Positions 1 to 12,400 of a stretch of 64,000 bases of DNA are shown here, piece after piece. Every line of letters starts with the position of its first letter. Position 1 is the stretch's first letter. Source of the DNA: Octopus sinensis (Eukaryota). The notes under the pieces are model-generated. The model was given only the letters and a program-made list of their open reading frames with translations. It had not been told where the DNA came from and did no database searches. The position numbers were made by a program, and so were the translations under genes. The stretch is taken from positions 50,902,001 through 50,966,000 of the forward strand of contig NC_042998.1 of NCBI RefSeq assembly GCF_006345805.1. The letters run 5' to 3'.

Positions 1-284
1 TTGATTGGCCCCCATGCCGGTGACACGTAAAAAGCACTATCCGAATGTGATCAATGCCAGGCCTGCATGACTGACTCCTGTGCCAGAGGCACATAAAATG
101 CACCCACTACACTCTTGGAGTGGTTGGCATTAGGAAGGGCATCTAGCTGTAGAAACATTGCCAGATCTGATTGGATCCTGGTGCAGCTGCTGGCTCTTCA
201 GACCTCAGTCAAACAGTTCAACCCATGCCAGCATGGAAAACAGACATCAAACGATGATGATTATGACGATGATGATGATATATA

Positions 285-662
285 TACTCTTTTACTTGTT
301 TCAGTCATTTGACTGCGGCCATGCTGAAGCACCGCCTTTAATCGAGCAAATCGACCCCAGGACTTATTTTATCTGTCTCTTTTGCCGAACCGCTAAGTAA
401 CGGGGACATAAACACACCAGCATCAGTTGTCAAGCAATGCTAGGGGGACAAACACAGACACACAAACACATACACACACACATATATATATACATATATA
501 CGACAGGCTTCTTTCAGTTTCTGTCTACCAAATCCACTCACAAGGCTTTGGTCGGCCCGAGGCTATAGTAGAAGACACTTACCCAAGGTGCCACGCAGTG
601 GGACTGAACCCGGAACCATGTGGTTGGTAAACAAGCTACTTACCACACAGCCACTCCTGCAC
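285..662 (-). mobile_element. tRNA-derived SINE family A (representative copy)
   Basis: Head GGAGTGGCTGTGTGGTAAG...GGTTCAGTCCCAC carries A/B-box-like motifs, followed by an internal CA/TA microsatellite. Further copies at ~13599-13997(-), 24540-25515(-), 28016-28455(+), 31646-32046(-), 34390-34845(+), 37441-38800(+) and 40517-40965(-). Confidence 0.85.
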
Positions 663-796
663 CTATACATACATATATATATGTATGTATATAAATCAAT
701 ATTTCACTTAGGCATAGCAAGACTAATAACCTGGTGTAGAACTCTATATATATATGGTCTAGAATACAATGTTATATGAGTACAGAGTAGTAATAG

Positions 797-1140
797 AAAA
801 CAAAGACATGACACCAAAACAAACAAATGTTTATAATGAACTTCATTCGCTTGCAGCTGTTTCTACCATAAGATGTGGTGGACTCTTAGTTGAGTACCAG
901 GATAACATCCTATATCTGCATCAGAGCCTTGAATATGAAGTACACTTTATTTGGGAATGTTACATTTTTAAAACATACAGACATTATACCCAAATAAAGT
1001 GTACTTCATGTTCAAGGCTCTGATGCAGATATAGGATGTCATACTGGTACTCAACTAAGAGTCCACCATATCTTATGGCAGAAACAGCTATAAAAAAATG
1101 TAGTACATTACAAACATTTGGTTTTTCAAGTCTTTGTTTC
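797..1140. mobile_element. Palindromic insertion next to (TA)n with a decayed hammerhead motif (Penelope pLTR-like)
   Basis: Inverted arms 855-955 / 989-1089, plus outer arms ~797-840 / 1103-1140. Arms contain GCT-CTGATGC...GAAACAGCT; the two-arm consensus is GAAACAGCTGTA, i.e. palindromic helix III and a GUA site. Confidence 0.6.
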
Positions 1141-1201
<61 letters not shown>

Positions 1202-1204
<3 letters not shown>

Positions 1205-2821
1205 TTGCAGCCAAAATGTTCAGAACGGCATTGTTTTCGTCAGAAAAGTAGGTATAAGCTTTTATCAAAGTTGTTTTATATTCTATAATTTTCACAGACA
1301 ATAAATACGATATTATTTGTTATTGTCTGAGATTTTGGTGTAATTTGAGAGGATAAAACAAAAGTTATGGATGATTTAGTGATTTACTGCAAAACCCATG
1401 GCGGCCAAAATGATCAGAACGGTTGCTTTTACTCCATGTTTTAGTATATTTAACTGGCAAACTCTAATGTTTTGAATTTGTTTACATGACGGTTCGTTTA
1501 CTAAACATTAGTAAGAATATCTGCAGTGTACTTTGTTAATATAATGCCACTTACTCCGTTACCAATTCGTCAGCAGATTATTAAGCTTCGAAAGAAGGAT
1601 AATTTAAGTATTGGGTCTATTGCAAAGATTGTTAACAAGTCAAAAAGTGTTGTTCACGGTATTCTTAAGGTCTACAATGATTGTGGTTCGTGTGAAGCTA
1701 GAAAGTCTACAGGTAGGCCAAGAAAAACGACCAAGAGAGAAGAACGTGCTATGGTAAAGTTGGTTAAAAAGGACAGATTTAAAACTGCTGCTGCTGTTTC
1801 TCGGGAAATGAGCATTGTACTGAAGAAAACTTTATCTCGAAAAACTGTGTCTTGTCGTTTAGTTGAACATGACCTACAAGCAAGAGCACCTGCAGCGAAG
1901 CCACTGATCAGCTCCAAGAATAAAAAGTGTCGTCTTACCTTTGCAACTGAACATGTGTTGTGGTCTCAAGAAAAATGGCAAACGTTGCATTTCAGTGATG
2001 AATCTAAGTTTATGTTATTTGGCTCAGATGGGAAAAGGTACGTTCGTCGAAAAGTAGGTGAAAAATTGTCACCTAAATGCCTTAAGGCTAGTGTTAAATT
2101 CGGTGGAAGAAGTGTCATGGTTTGGCGGATGATATCTGGAGATGGTGTGGGCCCTTTGGTGCAATTAAATGGAAAGGTAAATGCAGGAGTTTATAAACAA
2201 CTTGTAAAAGATCATGCCTTGCCTGTGCTGAGAAATTCAACCAAGCGACCACCCATAATCATGCAGGACAATGCCCCATGTCACAAGGCTAAGGTGGTCA
2301 TGAACTTCCTCAAGGCTGAAAAGGTTATTGTTATGGATTGGCCAGCTCAAAGCCCAGATCTCAATCCTATTGAAAATGTGTGGAATATTCTAGGAGAACA
2401 TTCAAAAGCCAGAAATCCTAAAACAACCGAGCAATTATGGGATGCCCTTCAGGAAGAATGGAATAAGATCACCCAGCAAGAAATTGAAAATTTAATTTCC
2501 TCATGCAGTCGAAGATGTCAAAGTGTGATTGAAGCTAAACGGCTTCACACTAAATATTAAATAATTCCAGTATTCTCTGTCATTTTTTATTATTTTGTTA
2601 TTTTTTCAACCGTTCTGATCATTTTGGCCGCCATGGGTTTTGCAGTAAATCACTAAATCATCCATAACTTTTGTATTATCCTCTTAAATTACACCAAAAT
2701 CTCAGACAATAACAATTAATATTGCCTGTGAAAATTATAGAATATAAAACAACTTTGATAAAAACTTATACCTACTTTTCTGACGAAAACAATGCCGTTC
2801 TGAACATTTTGGCTGCAACTG
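1202..2821 (+). mobile_element. Full-length Tc1-family DNA transposon (IR/DR type)
   Basis: Terminal inverted repeats of ~215-224 bp (1202-1425 and 2607-2821, starting CAGTTGCAGCCAAAATG). TA dinucleotide on both sides. Each TIR has an inner direct repeat (GCCAAAATGTTCAGAACGG / GCCAAAATGATCAGAACGG). Encloses an uninterrupted transposase ORF. Confidence 0.96.
1544..2560 (+). CDS. Tc1 transposase, DD34E, apparently intact (338 aa from ATG 1544)
   Basis: N-terminal HTH region, GRPRK linker, FSDESKF, QDNAPCH and SPDLNPIENVW motifs. 34 residues counted between the second D and E. No stops or frameshifts. Confidence 0.95.
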   Translation: MPLTPLPIRQQIIKLRKKDNLSIGSIAKIVNKSKSVVHGILKVYNDCGSCEARKSTGRPRKTTKREERAMVKLVKKDRFKTAAAVSREMSIVLKKTLSRKTVSCRLVEHDLQARAPAAKPLISSKNKKCRLTFATEHVLWSQEKWQTLHFSDESKFMLFGSDGKRYVRRKVGEKLSPKCLKASVKFGGRSVMVWRMISGDGVGPLVQLNGKVNAGVYKQLVKDHALPVLRNSTKRPPIIMQDNAPCHKAKVVMNFLKAEKVIVMDWPAQSPDLNPIENVWNILGEHSKARNPKTTEQLWDALQEEWNKITQQEIENLISSCSRRCQSVIEAKRLHTKY

Positions 2822-2916
2822 TATATATATGTATGTATACATGCATGTATGTATGTATGTATGTATGTATGTATGTATGTATGTATGTATGTATGTATGT
2901 ATGTATGCATGTATGA

Positions 2917-3613
2917 TATCTTAGTATGGAGTGATCATCTGGTCAGAATGAAGGATTCAAGGATGCCCAAACAACTCTTTTACGGAGAGTTAGCTAAAGT
3001 AGAACGACCTCCACATAAACCAAAAAAGAGGTATAAGGACTTGCTGAAGGCATCCTTAAGAGATACTTGCATCTCTCCTGACACATGGGAAGGCATAGCT
3101 ATTGATCGTAGCAGGTGGAGAAGGATTGTGCATGAGGGGACAGCCACTTTTGAGAAATCTCGTGTTGCACATGAGAAAGTAAGGAGGGATGTTAGGAAGG
3201 GCATCGCTGTTACACTTCCAGAAGGGAAGGGTCTTCCTTTGATGCTGACATACAATGTCTGTGCAAGACCCTGCCTAAGTAAAGCTGGACTCAAGAGTCA
3301 TCTTTGTAGTCATAAAACGAGACAGCTGAGTGACAACCTGGCCACTGGTGGTGGTGTAATACACCATACTAATCATATCTGTCGGGCATGTGGAAGAGAG
3401 TGTAATTCGGCAGGAGGACTTAAATGACATGCAAAGCTACAAGAAGCCCAGTTACAACTACAGCCAGCTGTTACCAGTAAAGGTTTTAGGTGCCAATTTT
3501 GTACAAGATATTGTAGATCTTTAGCTGGGTTAAAAAGTCACATTCGATCACAGCACCAGTAACAGTTAAGCTTCGTGCAATGGCCATACTCGATAACGAG
3601 GGGGCAGCCATAA
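2917..3613 (+). mobile_element. RTE-clade LINE 3' fragment (post-RT region plus C2H2-like zinc fingers), decayed
   Basis: LVWSDHLVRMKDSRMPKQLFYGEL...PKKRYKDLLKASL...WEGIAIDRSRWR is the typical RTE C-terminus. It is followed by CxxC...GLKSH motifs with stops. 5'-truncated. Confidence 0.85.
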
Positions 3614-3749
3614 TATCTTAGTAACAGGAAATTACAGGGTAACTCAAGGCCCGAGAGTTTTGAGCATTAGTACTTACAAACTATGATAAGTGCCAATGCA
3701 TGAAACTCTCAGCCTTTGAGTCACTTTGTAACTTGTCCTTTATATATAT

Positions 3750-4749
3750 ATAAAGATGGAAGTGGAAATAGCACAGAAATAAATCTAAGACATTTCAATT
3801 TAAGAAGGAATTTAATAAAATAATTTTTAAAATTATATAAAGAAAATATTACCGGTTTTACTGATGAAACTTGTTTTATCAATTATCAGTAAAAATTTAT
3901 AAAAATTTGAAGCAAAACCAGTTTATCTTCTGTCTGGGAGTCAAAAACATGTCTGGAGAGTTTTCGTTGATGTCTTCTTTAAATATAGTTTGGTATAGAA
4001 TTCAAAGTGTAAGAGAGTATGAGAGGGAGTTGTTTATTGTCTAAAAGAAATCTTTGTGGGTTACTGCCAAGGGAGTGGTTTAAAAGCATTTATTGAATGG
4101 ATTTTGTGTCCACCTGTGTGTGTGTGTGTGTGTGTGTATTGTGTTGAATGTCCTTTCAGTATATTTGGAATGTGACCAGATGTGCGTTGATGGGTGTGTA
4201 TGTTGTGATGAATGTCATGTTGAAGAAAGAATTAGGATTTTCCTTTGGGTCAGATGTATTTTTTTTGAGTGTCTCCACCTGTGTCTATGTGTGTGGTCAC
4301 CAGCTGTGTGTATGTGTGTGTGTATGTGTGTGAGTGTGTTTTCTTGCAATGTTTTCTTTTGTGTGTATGTGTGTGTTTGTGTGTGGGTGTATATTTGTTT
4401 GTGTTTGTGTGTGTGTCTTTGTGATGTTTTATGTGGTGTATGTGTGTATGTATTTGTGTGTGAGTGTTTGTGTGTGTATTTTTGCAATGTTTTCTTTTGC
4501 ATGTATCTGTGTTTATGTGTGTGTGTGCAGAGGTGTGAGTGCGTTTGTGTGTCTATGCAGAGGTGCATGTGTGTTTTTGTGAGTTGTTTTTTGTTATGTT
4601 TTCTTTTGTATGTGTGTGTATGTACATGTATGTTTGTGTGTGTGTGTTTGTGCATGTGTGTGCTTGTGAGTTATTTTTTGTGATGTTTTCTTTTGTGTGT
4701 ATGTGTGTGGGTGTTTGTGTGTGTGTATGTTTGTGTGTGTGTGTGTGCA

Positions 4750-4792
<43 letters not shown>

Positions 4793-6320
4793 TCATCATC
4801 ATCATCGTTTAGCGTCCGTTTTCCATGCTAGCATGGGTTGGACGGTTCTACTGGGGTCTGTGAAGCCAGAAGGCTTCATCAGGCCCAGTATATATATATA
4901 TATATTGGAAAGAAGATTTAAGAATTGATGGGAAGTATTTTTCAAATATGTATAAAATTGTTTTTAAGTGTCTGTTCTTATTTCATGGTTGGTAGCGGTT
5001 GGGTTTATATTTAATTGCGGTTTATTCTTGTTAATAAATTGCCTTTCTTTATTTAGTCTTTGTTGTTGGTTGAAAGAATCAGAGCACTTGTAGAGGGGAA
5101 AATTTTGAAATTTGGTAAATCCATTCCTGCACAGGTTGCAAACTGGCTGCTTAAAGGAATTTTCCTTGTGCATTTGTCTTGGATCTGTTGTTGATGGGTC
5201 GTCATTCTGTTGCGTAACGATCGGACCGTCTGACCTCTGTAATTATGTTGGCAACCATTGCATGTAATTATGTAGATCATGTTTTTTATGTTGCAGGTGA
5301 GATTGGACTTGACTTTGAAGGTTTAGCTATCTTTGAATTTAAAGTTTGGTCCCTCAGTTAGGTAACAGACATTCATCCCAACATACACACCCATCAACAC
5401 ACATCTGGTCACATTTGAAACATATTGAAAGGACATTCAACACAATAGACACACACTCACACACAGGTGGACATAAAATCCATTCAATAAATGCTTTCAA
5501 GTCACTCCCTTGGCAGGAACCCACAAAGATGTCTTTTAGGCAATGACTGTAACACTGGCCTATGCCAGTGTAGCATAACTTGGCCCATTTAAGAGTACCT
5601 TTCAATCATTGGGCAATAAACTGTGTTTTAGAAGACCTGTTGAGTCAAGTGAAATCATGGTTGTGGCCAATGCCAGTACTGCCTGAGTGGCTCCTGTGCC
5701 AGTGTCAAGTAAAAAGCACCAATTGAGCGTGGTCATTGGCAGTGTCACCTGACTGGCTCCTGTGCCAGTGACACATAAAAAGCACCATTCAAGTGCAGTA
5801 GATGCCAGTATCACCTGACTGGCCTTTGTGCCAGTGGCTTGTAAAAAGCACCCACTACATTCTTGGAGTGGTTGGTGTTAGGAAGGGCATCCAGCAGCAG
5901 AAACTTTTCCAGATCAGATTGGAGCATGGTACAGCCTTCTGGCTTGCCAGTCTTCAGTCAAACTGCCCAACCCAAGCCAGCATGGAAAGTAGACGTTAAA
6001 TGATGATGATGATGATGATGATGATGAATAGACAACTACACCCCCTCTCTTACTCTCTAGCACTTTGAACTCTACACCAAACTATATTTAAAGAAGACTT
6101 AATAAAAATTCTCTAGACAAGTTTGTGACCCACAGACAGAAGATAAACTGTTTTTACTTCAAATTTTTATAAATTTTTACACGTATTTGGTAAGATGAAA
6201 TTCATCATTCAATCTGGTAATATTTTCTTTATATAATCTAAAAAATCATTTTATTAAATTTCTTCTTAAATTGAAATGTATTAGATTTACTTCTGTGCTA
6301 TTTCCACCTCCATCTTTTAT
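3750..6320 (-). mobile_element. Truncated Penelope-like retroelement: GIY-YIG remnant, 3' pLTR and 5' inverted pLTR copy
   Basis: 3750-4217 is the reverse complement (diverged) of 5368-5545 plus ~6032-6320; the second copy is split by a SINE. A GIY-YIG remnant lies between them, reading toward the left arm. Left edge at a short TA tract. Confidence 0.78.
4965..5350 (-). pseudogene. Penelope (Neptune-like) GIY-YIG endonuclease remnant
   Basis: FKVKSNLTCNIKNMIYIITCNGCQHNYRGQTVRSLRNRMTTHQQQI...(frameshift)...RLNKERQFINKNKPQLN matches the PLE pattern C-x4-IY-x3-CxxC-x3-YxGQT-x3-LxxR-x3-H...RxxxE...LN. Contains a stop and a frameshift. Confidence 0.85.
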
Positions 6321-6650
6321 GTATAAAAATTTGATTTGTACAGATCTCTAATTTTTTTCAATGGAGTGGTTGGCGTTAGGAAGGGCATCCAGCTGTAGAA
6401 ACATTGCCAGATTAGACTGGAGCCTGGTGCAGCCTTCTGGCTTCCCAGAACCCCGGTCGAACCGTCCAACCCATGCTAGCATGGAGAACGGACGTTAAAC
6501 GATGATGATGATGATGATGATGATATATATGTTAGAAGAAATGAGGTACTCAGAAATCTGGATGGTTTTATATTTACACATATTTATTAATATTTCTGAG
6601 TACCTCATTTCTTCTAATATATAATACCTGTACATCATCTCCAAACCTTC

Positions 6651-6699
<49 letters not shown>

Positions 6700-6739
6700 T
6701 ATATATATATATATAATATATATATATATACATATATGT

Positions 6740-6985
6740 GGAGGCGCATGGCTTAGTGGTTAGGGTGACAGCATCATGATCGTAAGATTGTGGTTTTGAT
6801 TCTTGGACCAGGCGACACGTTTCTTGAGCAAAACACTTCATTTCGCGTTGCTCCAGTCCACGCAGCTGGTAAAAATGATTAACCCTGTGATGGACTGGCG
6901 TCCTGTCCAGCTGGGGAACACATACGCCATTGAAACCAGGAAACTGGACCCATGAGCCTGGCTAGGCTTTAAAAGGGTGCATTTA
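6740..6985 (+). mobile_element. tRNA-derived SINE family D (representative copy)
   Basis: GGCGCATGGCTTAGTGGTTAG...GGTTTTGATTC head. Related copies at ~63055-63340(+), 42687-42940(+), 32309-32640(+), 29610-29925(-) and 43290-43635(-). Confidence 0.72.
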
Positions 6986-8042
6986 TTTATTATACATATA
7001 TATGTGTGTGTGTGTATGTGTGTGTGTATAAGCCGGTGCTCCGGCATGGCCACAGTCAAATGACTGAAACAACTAAAAGTATAAAAGAATAACAGACAGT
7101 CAGATAGATAGATAGATATTACATAGTTTGCTGACTCAATTAACTTAATATGATCAAGTATTTCATCAAGCCATACTCTTAAATGCTTCAACTCTTGGCA
7201 AAAATATGTACTAATGCTCTTCATTTCCCCCATCTATTATTTAAGAAGTTATATAATACAACGGTGTAACAACATAAATCACTATATACGTATGAAATCA
7301 CTTGATAATAGAGGAAACTTGCACCATGTCATGCTACAGCGCACTTTTTTCCCACTTATCCCTTGAGCCTTTCTGTGGAAATTAGCTAACCTTCACCTGT
7401 TTGATTGTGCAGTCATGCATGTAATTTGCAAATGGTCTGACTTGTATAATAGAAAGCAAAAAGATAACTAATACACTTGCTGCTTTCTATTACAATAAGT
7501 TTGGTGATGGGCAAAAAAATATGAGCTGATGGAAATATAGCAAAATTTGCTAACCATCTATTTAGGTAAAAGTTTTCGATGCAAATAATGGCAACATTGG
7601 CTTGAGGTAAATGAAAAATAACTAAAATAAATAAAGAATACTAATATCATTTTAAATACGGTTCTAATTGAGAACTTTTAAAAATAATTTGACGTTGAAG
7701 TTAATAATTAGCTGTTATTTTAATGACTTTTTTTAACCTTTTAAACTTTCTCTCTGAGTTGAAACCCCCCAAAGAATATTCCACTGGAAAATTAATGAGC
7801 CAATAAGAAAGTTTCTTTGTGGTCGTTTGACCTTCTTGAAATAACGGTTGAATTTGTCCAGAACATAGGCACAGACATAGCTGTGTTGTTAAAAAGCTTG
7901 CTTCCAAGTCATGTGTTGTTGGGTCTCATGCCAATGGATAGCACCATAGGCTGACTAAAGATTTGGAGTGGATTCAGTAGACAAAAGCTGAAAGAAGCCA
8001 ATTGTAAATATATATACATATATGTGTGTGTGTGTGTGTGTA

Positions 8043-8078
<36 letters not shown>

Positions 8079-8109
8079 ATGGGTTTCTTACTTTAATATT
8101 TACTCTAAT

Positions 8110-8764
8110 ATTCTACATATGGTCCCTTGAGGGTCCATATAAGATGTTTGGGGGTCCACACAAGAAAAGAGTAAATTGAAGATCCACAATAGTATTTTAA
8201 GGGCCCCTGCAAAAATTTTGCTTTAGATGTATGTACTGGTACATATTGCAAGAAACAGCTAGGTTTCTTATTCTAACATTTTACATATGGTCCCTCAGGG
8301 TTCATATAAGATTTTTGGGGATCAACGCAACAAAATAGTAAACTGGGGATCCACAATAGTATCCTAAGAGCCCCTGAAATAATTTTACTTCAGATGTATG
8401 TACAGCAAGAAACAGCTAGGTTTCTTTCTTTAACATTTTACACATGGCTCCTGAGAGTTCATATGAAACTTTTTGGGGTCAATGCAGCAAAATAGTAAAT
8501 TGGGGATCCACAATAATATTTTAAGGGCCCCTGAAAAATTTTGCTTTAGATTTATGTATTGGTATATATTGCAAGAAACAGATAGGTTTCTGTCTCTGAC
8601 ATTTTACATAGTTCAACCTTCACAAGATGAGTGAAAAGCAAAATGGGAATTTTGAAAGAAGTTCCTATAAATCTAGTTTTCAATCATCAAATAGCTACGG
8701 GGGTCCACCAGAATAAAACAGTAATCAAAGGGGTCTATATATAAAAAAAGGTTTTGAACCCCTG
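8110..8764. mobile_element. Copy of the same hAT MITE family with an internal ~160-170-bp triplication
   Basis: The GGGGTCCA...GGGGATCCACAATAGTATTTTAAGGGCCCCTG...GAAACAGCTAGG block occurs three times and is similar to 16394-16705. The right end TTGAACCCCTG is TIR-like. Confidence 0.7.
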
Positions 8765-9264
8765 ATCTAAAAGATAATTTTTCCATTCCATTTATGCATT
8801 TTTGATCTACAACTTGGTGGAGCTTGGCATGATGATGTAAAATTATCTATGCTATTGTAATCTATGTGTTCAAACTGACCAACCGCAGGTTAGTTAGAGT
8901 GCTCCTGTAGTCAGCAATAATTAGCAATTAGTGATAATTATGGCACCTTGGTAGAGTTTGAACACAGAATGAGAAAAACCAAAACAGAAATTGCAAGGAA
9001 TTTTGTTCAATGCTCTATAAATTCTACAAAATCTATCAATGATATTTAATTTATCAACCTCCTGCAATGATAAAAGGCCAAGTTGACCATCATGAGATTT
9101 GAAGTCAGATCACAGGGACTTGGAATAAATAATGTTAAGTCACTGTATCAAATACTCTAATGGTTTTGCTAATTAACTTCCTTAGTTTTAATTTAGTGAT
9201 GAGGAAATATATAAAGTTTTGTAAGATATGAGAACTGACTAAAGCCAACTATTTTATATCTAGT

Positions 9265-9485
9265 ACTTTAGCATTCAGGTTACTCTGTAAATGTAATGTT
9301 TGTTGTTTATTCCCATTGTTTCAAATTAATCCTGCATTATCTCACAGCTCTGAGATTTTTATGATGTGATTGTTTATTTTAGAATGACATTGTAGGATAA
9401 GTATGAAAGGACAGATCTGGCTTGTTTGAACATAAAACAGGGAGGATATTAAGACCTGATGTGGCCAGTTTAAATGCTAAAGGGC
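9265..9485. mobile_element. MITE of the same family as 15627-15853
   Basis: CTTTAGCATT ... AATGCTAAAGGG ends. The internal sequence is similar to the reverse complement of 15627-15853. Confidence 0.58.
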
Positions 9486-12400
9486 CAAGGTAAAAAGTAC
9501 ACAAGGGATGACAAGAAGATGTTAGAGAATAGACCGTATATCTTGACAACATTAACTAGGTTGAAGGTGGTGAGCTGGCAGAAGTGTTACCATGCCAAGC
9601 AAAATGCTTAATGACATTTCATCTATAAGTACCAGTTGAATACTAGGGTCATTATAATCAATATTCCCCCTCATCCGAAATTGCTGGCTTTGTGCTAATA
9701 TTTGAAACCAATCTTAACTAGGTTGTATAGAGGAAAACAGAGGGTAAAATTCTAAATAGTAGATTTCCTTAAAGGCTAGAGATACCTTTTAAAAATAAAA
9801 AATCAGCAAGACTACAGCTGTAAATTTCCAGATAAACATCAACTGAATCTATCTTAAAAGTTTGAAAAGTCTGTTATGACTAGGGGCTTTTCTCTCCTCT
9901 ATCCTCTCTTCTGACTACCTGGTTGCAAGATAAACCCAAATTAGGTATGAGAGCTGTTGAGATATGATGGCAGTGAGATAATTTCTGTGTTCACATAGTT
10001 ATTTCCAACATCAAAAACATTGCTACAAGAATTTTTAGCATTACACACATGAGTAAGAAACATTCTTATAAAATCTAGCATCTAGTTTCCCCATGGATCT
10101 TTCTGGTCGCTATTAGAGATTTCATATTTTTTTCACTTTTTGTTCTAACTGTTTTCAAATTTGGTATACCAGTTTAGTTTTGCATGTTAATTATGAAAAT
10201 GAAATTCACTTTTGACATTGATTAATAAATAATAATACTAATAGCTTTTAAAGTTTGCAAATTTTGGGTAATTTTAGCCAATGGATAGCCCCCATTATAT
10301 ACATGGCTTTAAATCTCACATTAGTGTATGTTTCTATAGAAACAAGCAAAGATGTAGTCTGCCCTGTTTGCATTGTAACAAGGATGCTGTACAAGCATGA
10401 CTGTGACATTTTTGCCATCACAACCACCACCACCACAAATTTTGATGGAAATCATTTTGTGACAGAAGTTATCACACAGAAAATGCCAGTTCCTGATCCC
10501 TCTTTTCTGATTGGCTAAAAATTATTCAGCTTTGAATCACTGTAACATTTTCCTAATTTTTTTTTCTGGAATAAAGGAATCTCAAATTCAGCGTGAAAAT
10601 TACATCAGTACACCAAATTTAAAAATTTTTTCTGAATTCTAAAATTCTCAAATTTTTTCTTAATTTTAAAATTCTCAAATTTATGATTGCAACTAAAAAG
10701 ATCCCTTTTATCTAGTAGCTGCTAAATCTCTATTATCACATCCTATCATCTTCAAAAAACAAAGAACACCACTTGGATAATATAGGCTTGCAGGCCTAAA
10801 AGGGAAGAAAAATAAAGTAGGAGGATGTTACTGGCTAGAATACCTTTAATCATAAATCTGCTTCATTAAGTCTGACTTGATGTTAAGAAATAATATTACA
10901 ATAGTTAACAAACCAATTAAGAAAACTCTAAATGATTGCTCAATTGGTTGGAAATAGCAATCAAATAAACTTTATATCACACACTACAATCTTCAAAAAA
11001 GAGGACACTTTGAATAATGTAGTCTCAGATTTAAAAAAAAAAAAATGGTAAAAAAAATAAATAACACGATGTTTCACCATCATCATCATCATCATCATTT
11101 AACGTCCATTTTCCATGCTGGCATGGGTTGGACGGTTTGACTCAGGTCTGGAAAGCCAGCAGCTGCACCAGGCTCCAATCTGATCTGGCAATGTTTCTCC
11201 AGCTGGATGCCCTTCCTAACGCCAGCCACTCGAAAGTGTAGTGGATGCTTTTTATGTGCCACCAGCACAGGAGCCAGTCAGACGGCCCAGGCACTGACCA
11301 TGTTTGGATAGTGCTTTTTACATGCCACTGGCATGGGAGCCAGTCAAGCGAACCTGGAATCGACCATGTTCGGATGGTGCATTTTATGTGCCACCGGCAT
11401 GGGAGCCAGTCAGGGGGCACTGGCCATAGCTACGATTTTGGTTTGGTAGAAATATCTTTGAACAGAATTCTTCTTGGCTGGAGCTGATCTTAAGCTAAAT
11501 AATAACAACAGCAACAATAATCTAGTAAATAATGCCAAAAGACTTTTAGTCTTTTTAGAAGAGAATTTGGTGTTGCTACTCTTCATTTTTGAATTCATTA
11601 AAGGCAGAACGTAAATAAACTTTTCAGATATAAACATTTTTTTCAAGTTGTTTTGTGATTCTTCAAAGAGCTATTATCAGTTAAATAAATAAACAAATTA
11701 AAATCATAAAGAAAGTTAATCTAGAAACAGAATTTATCTTGGAGCAGATCTAATCTGGAGTTGAGTCTGATGTCAAATTGACTATCAGAAGAATTTTAAC
11801 TTAAAATCAGCTACAACTCGGCTGCAGTATAATGAAATTATAAATATAATAAGATATTGAGACTACCTGAAGCCCACAAACATAAAGGTCATTAATTCAT
11901 ATACCCTCTCCTGTTAATTTATTTATTCAGTGAAAATTCAGATTGTGTTTAATTATTCAGGTACTGAGAGGAATTTTTCTTACTATATACAGTATACTTC
12001 ATGTATTGAATATTCATTTGATTGTTATTCATATTATACAGTGTGTTAATTATGGATGGGTATTATGGTATATTCATGCAAATGGGGCTTCTTTTTTTTT
12101 TTTTTTGAATGAGAAGACACACAAACACAGACACAGCCAGACAGATAGACAGACACACACATACATATGCACATGCACACACACCTCCCTTTGTTTCAGC
12201 TGATATTGCCTGGAAAAGTATAGGACAAGAAAAGTTGAAGCTTAAAAATATTATGGTTGAAATTGTAATTTAAATCTAAATAAGATGCCTTTTGGGCTGG
12301 CTTTCGATAAAAAAAAATGGGGAAAACATAAAATAAGAACCTAGTGTTCACTTAAGCAGCATGTTGGTAATGTTAATGTGGTTAAATTTAAATTTGAAGG

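Noticed and set aside
4093-4928. Cys/Val-rich ORFs
   Set aside because: Degenerate (GT)n tract inside the Penelope-like remnant.
6740-6812. tRNA genes at SINE heads
   Set aside because: A/B-box-like motifs are present, but there is no complete cloverleaf and each continues into a SINE body.
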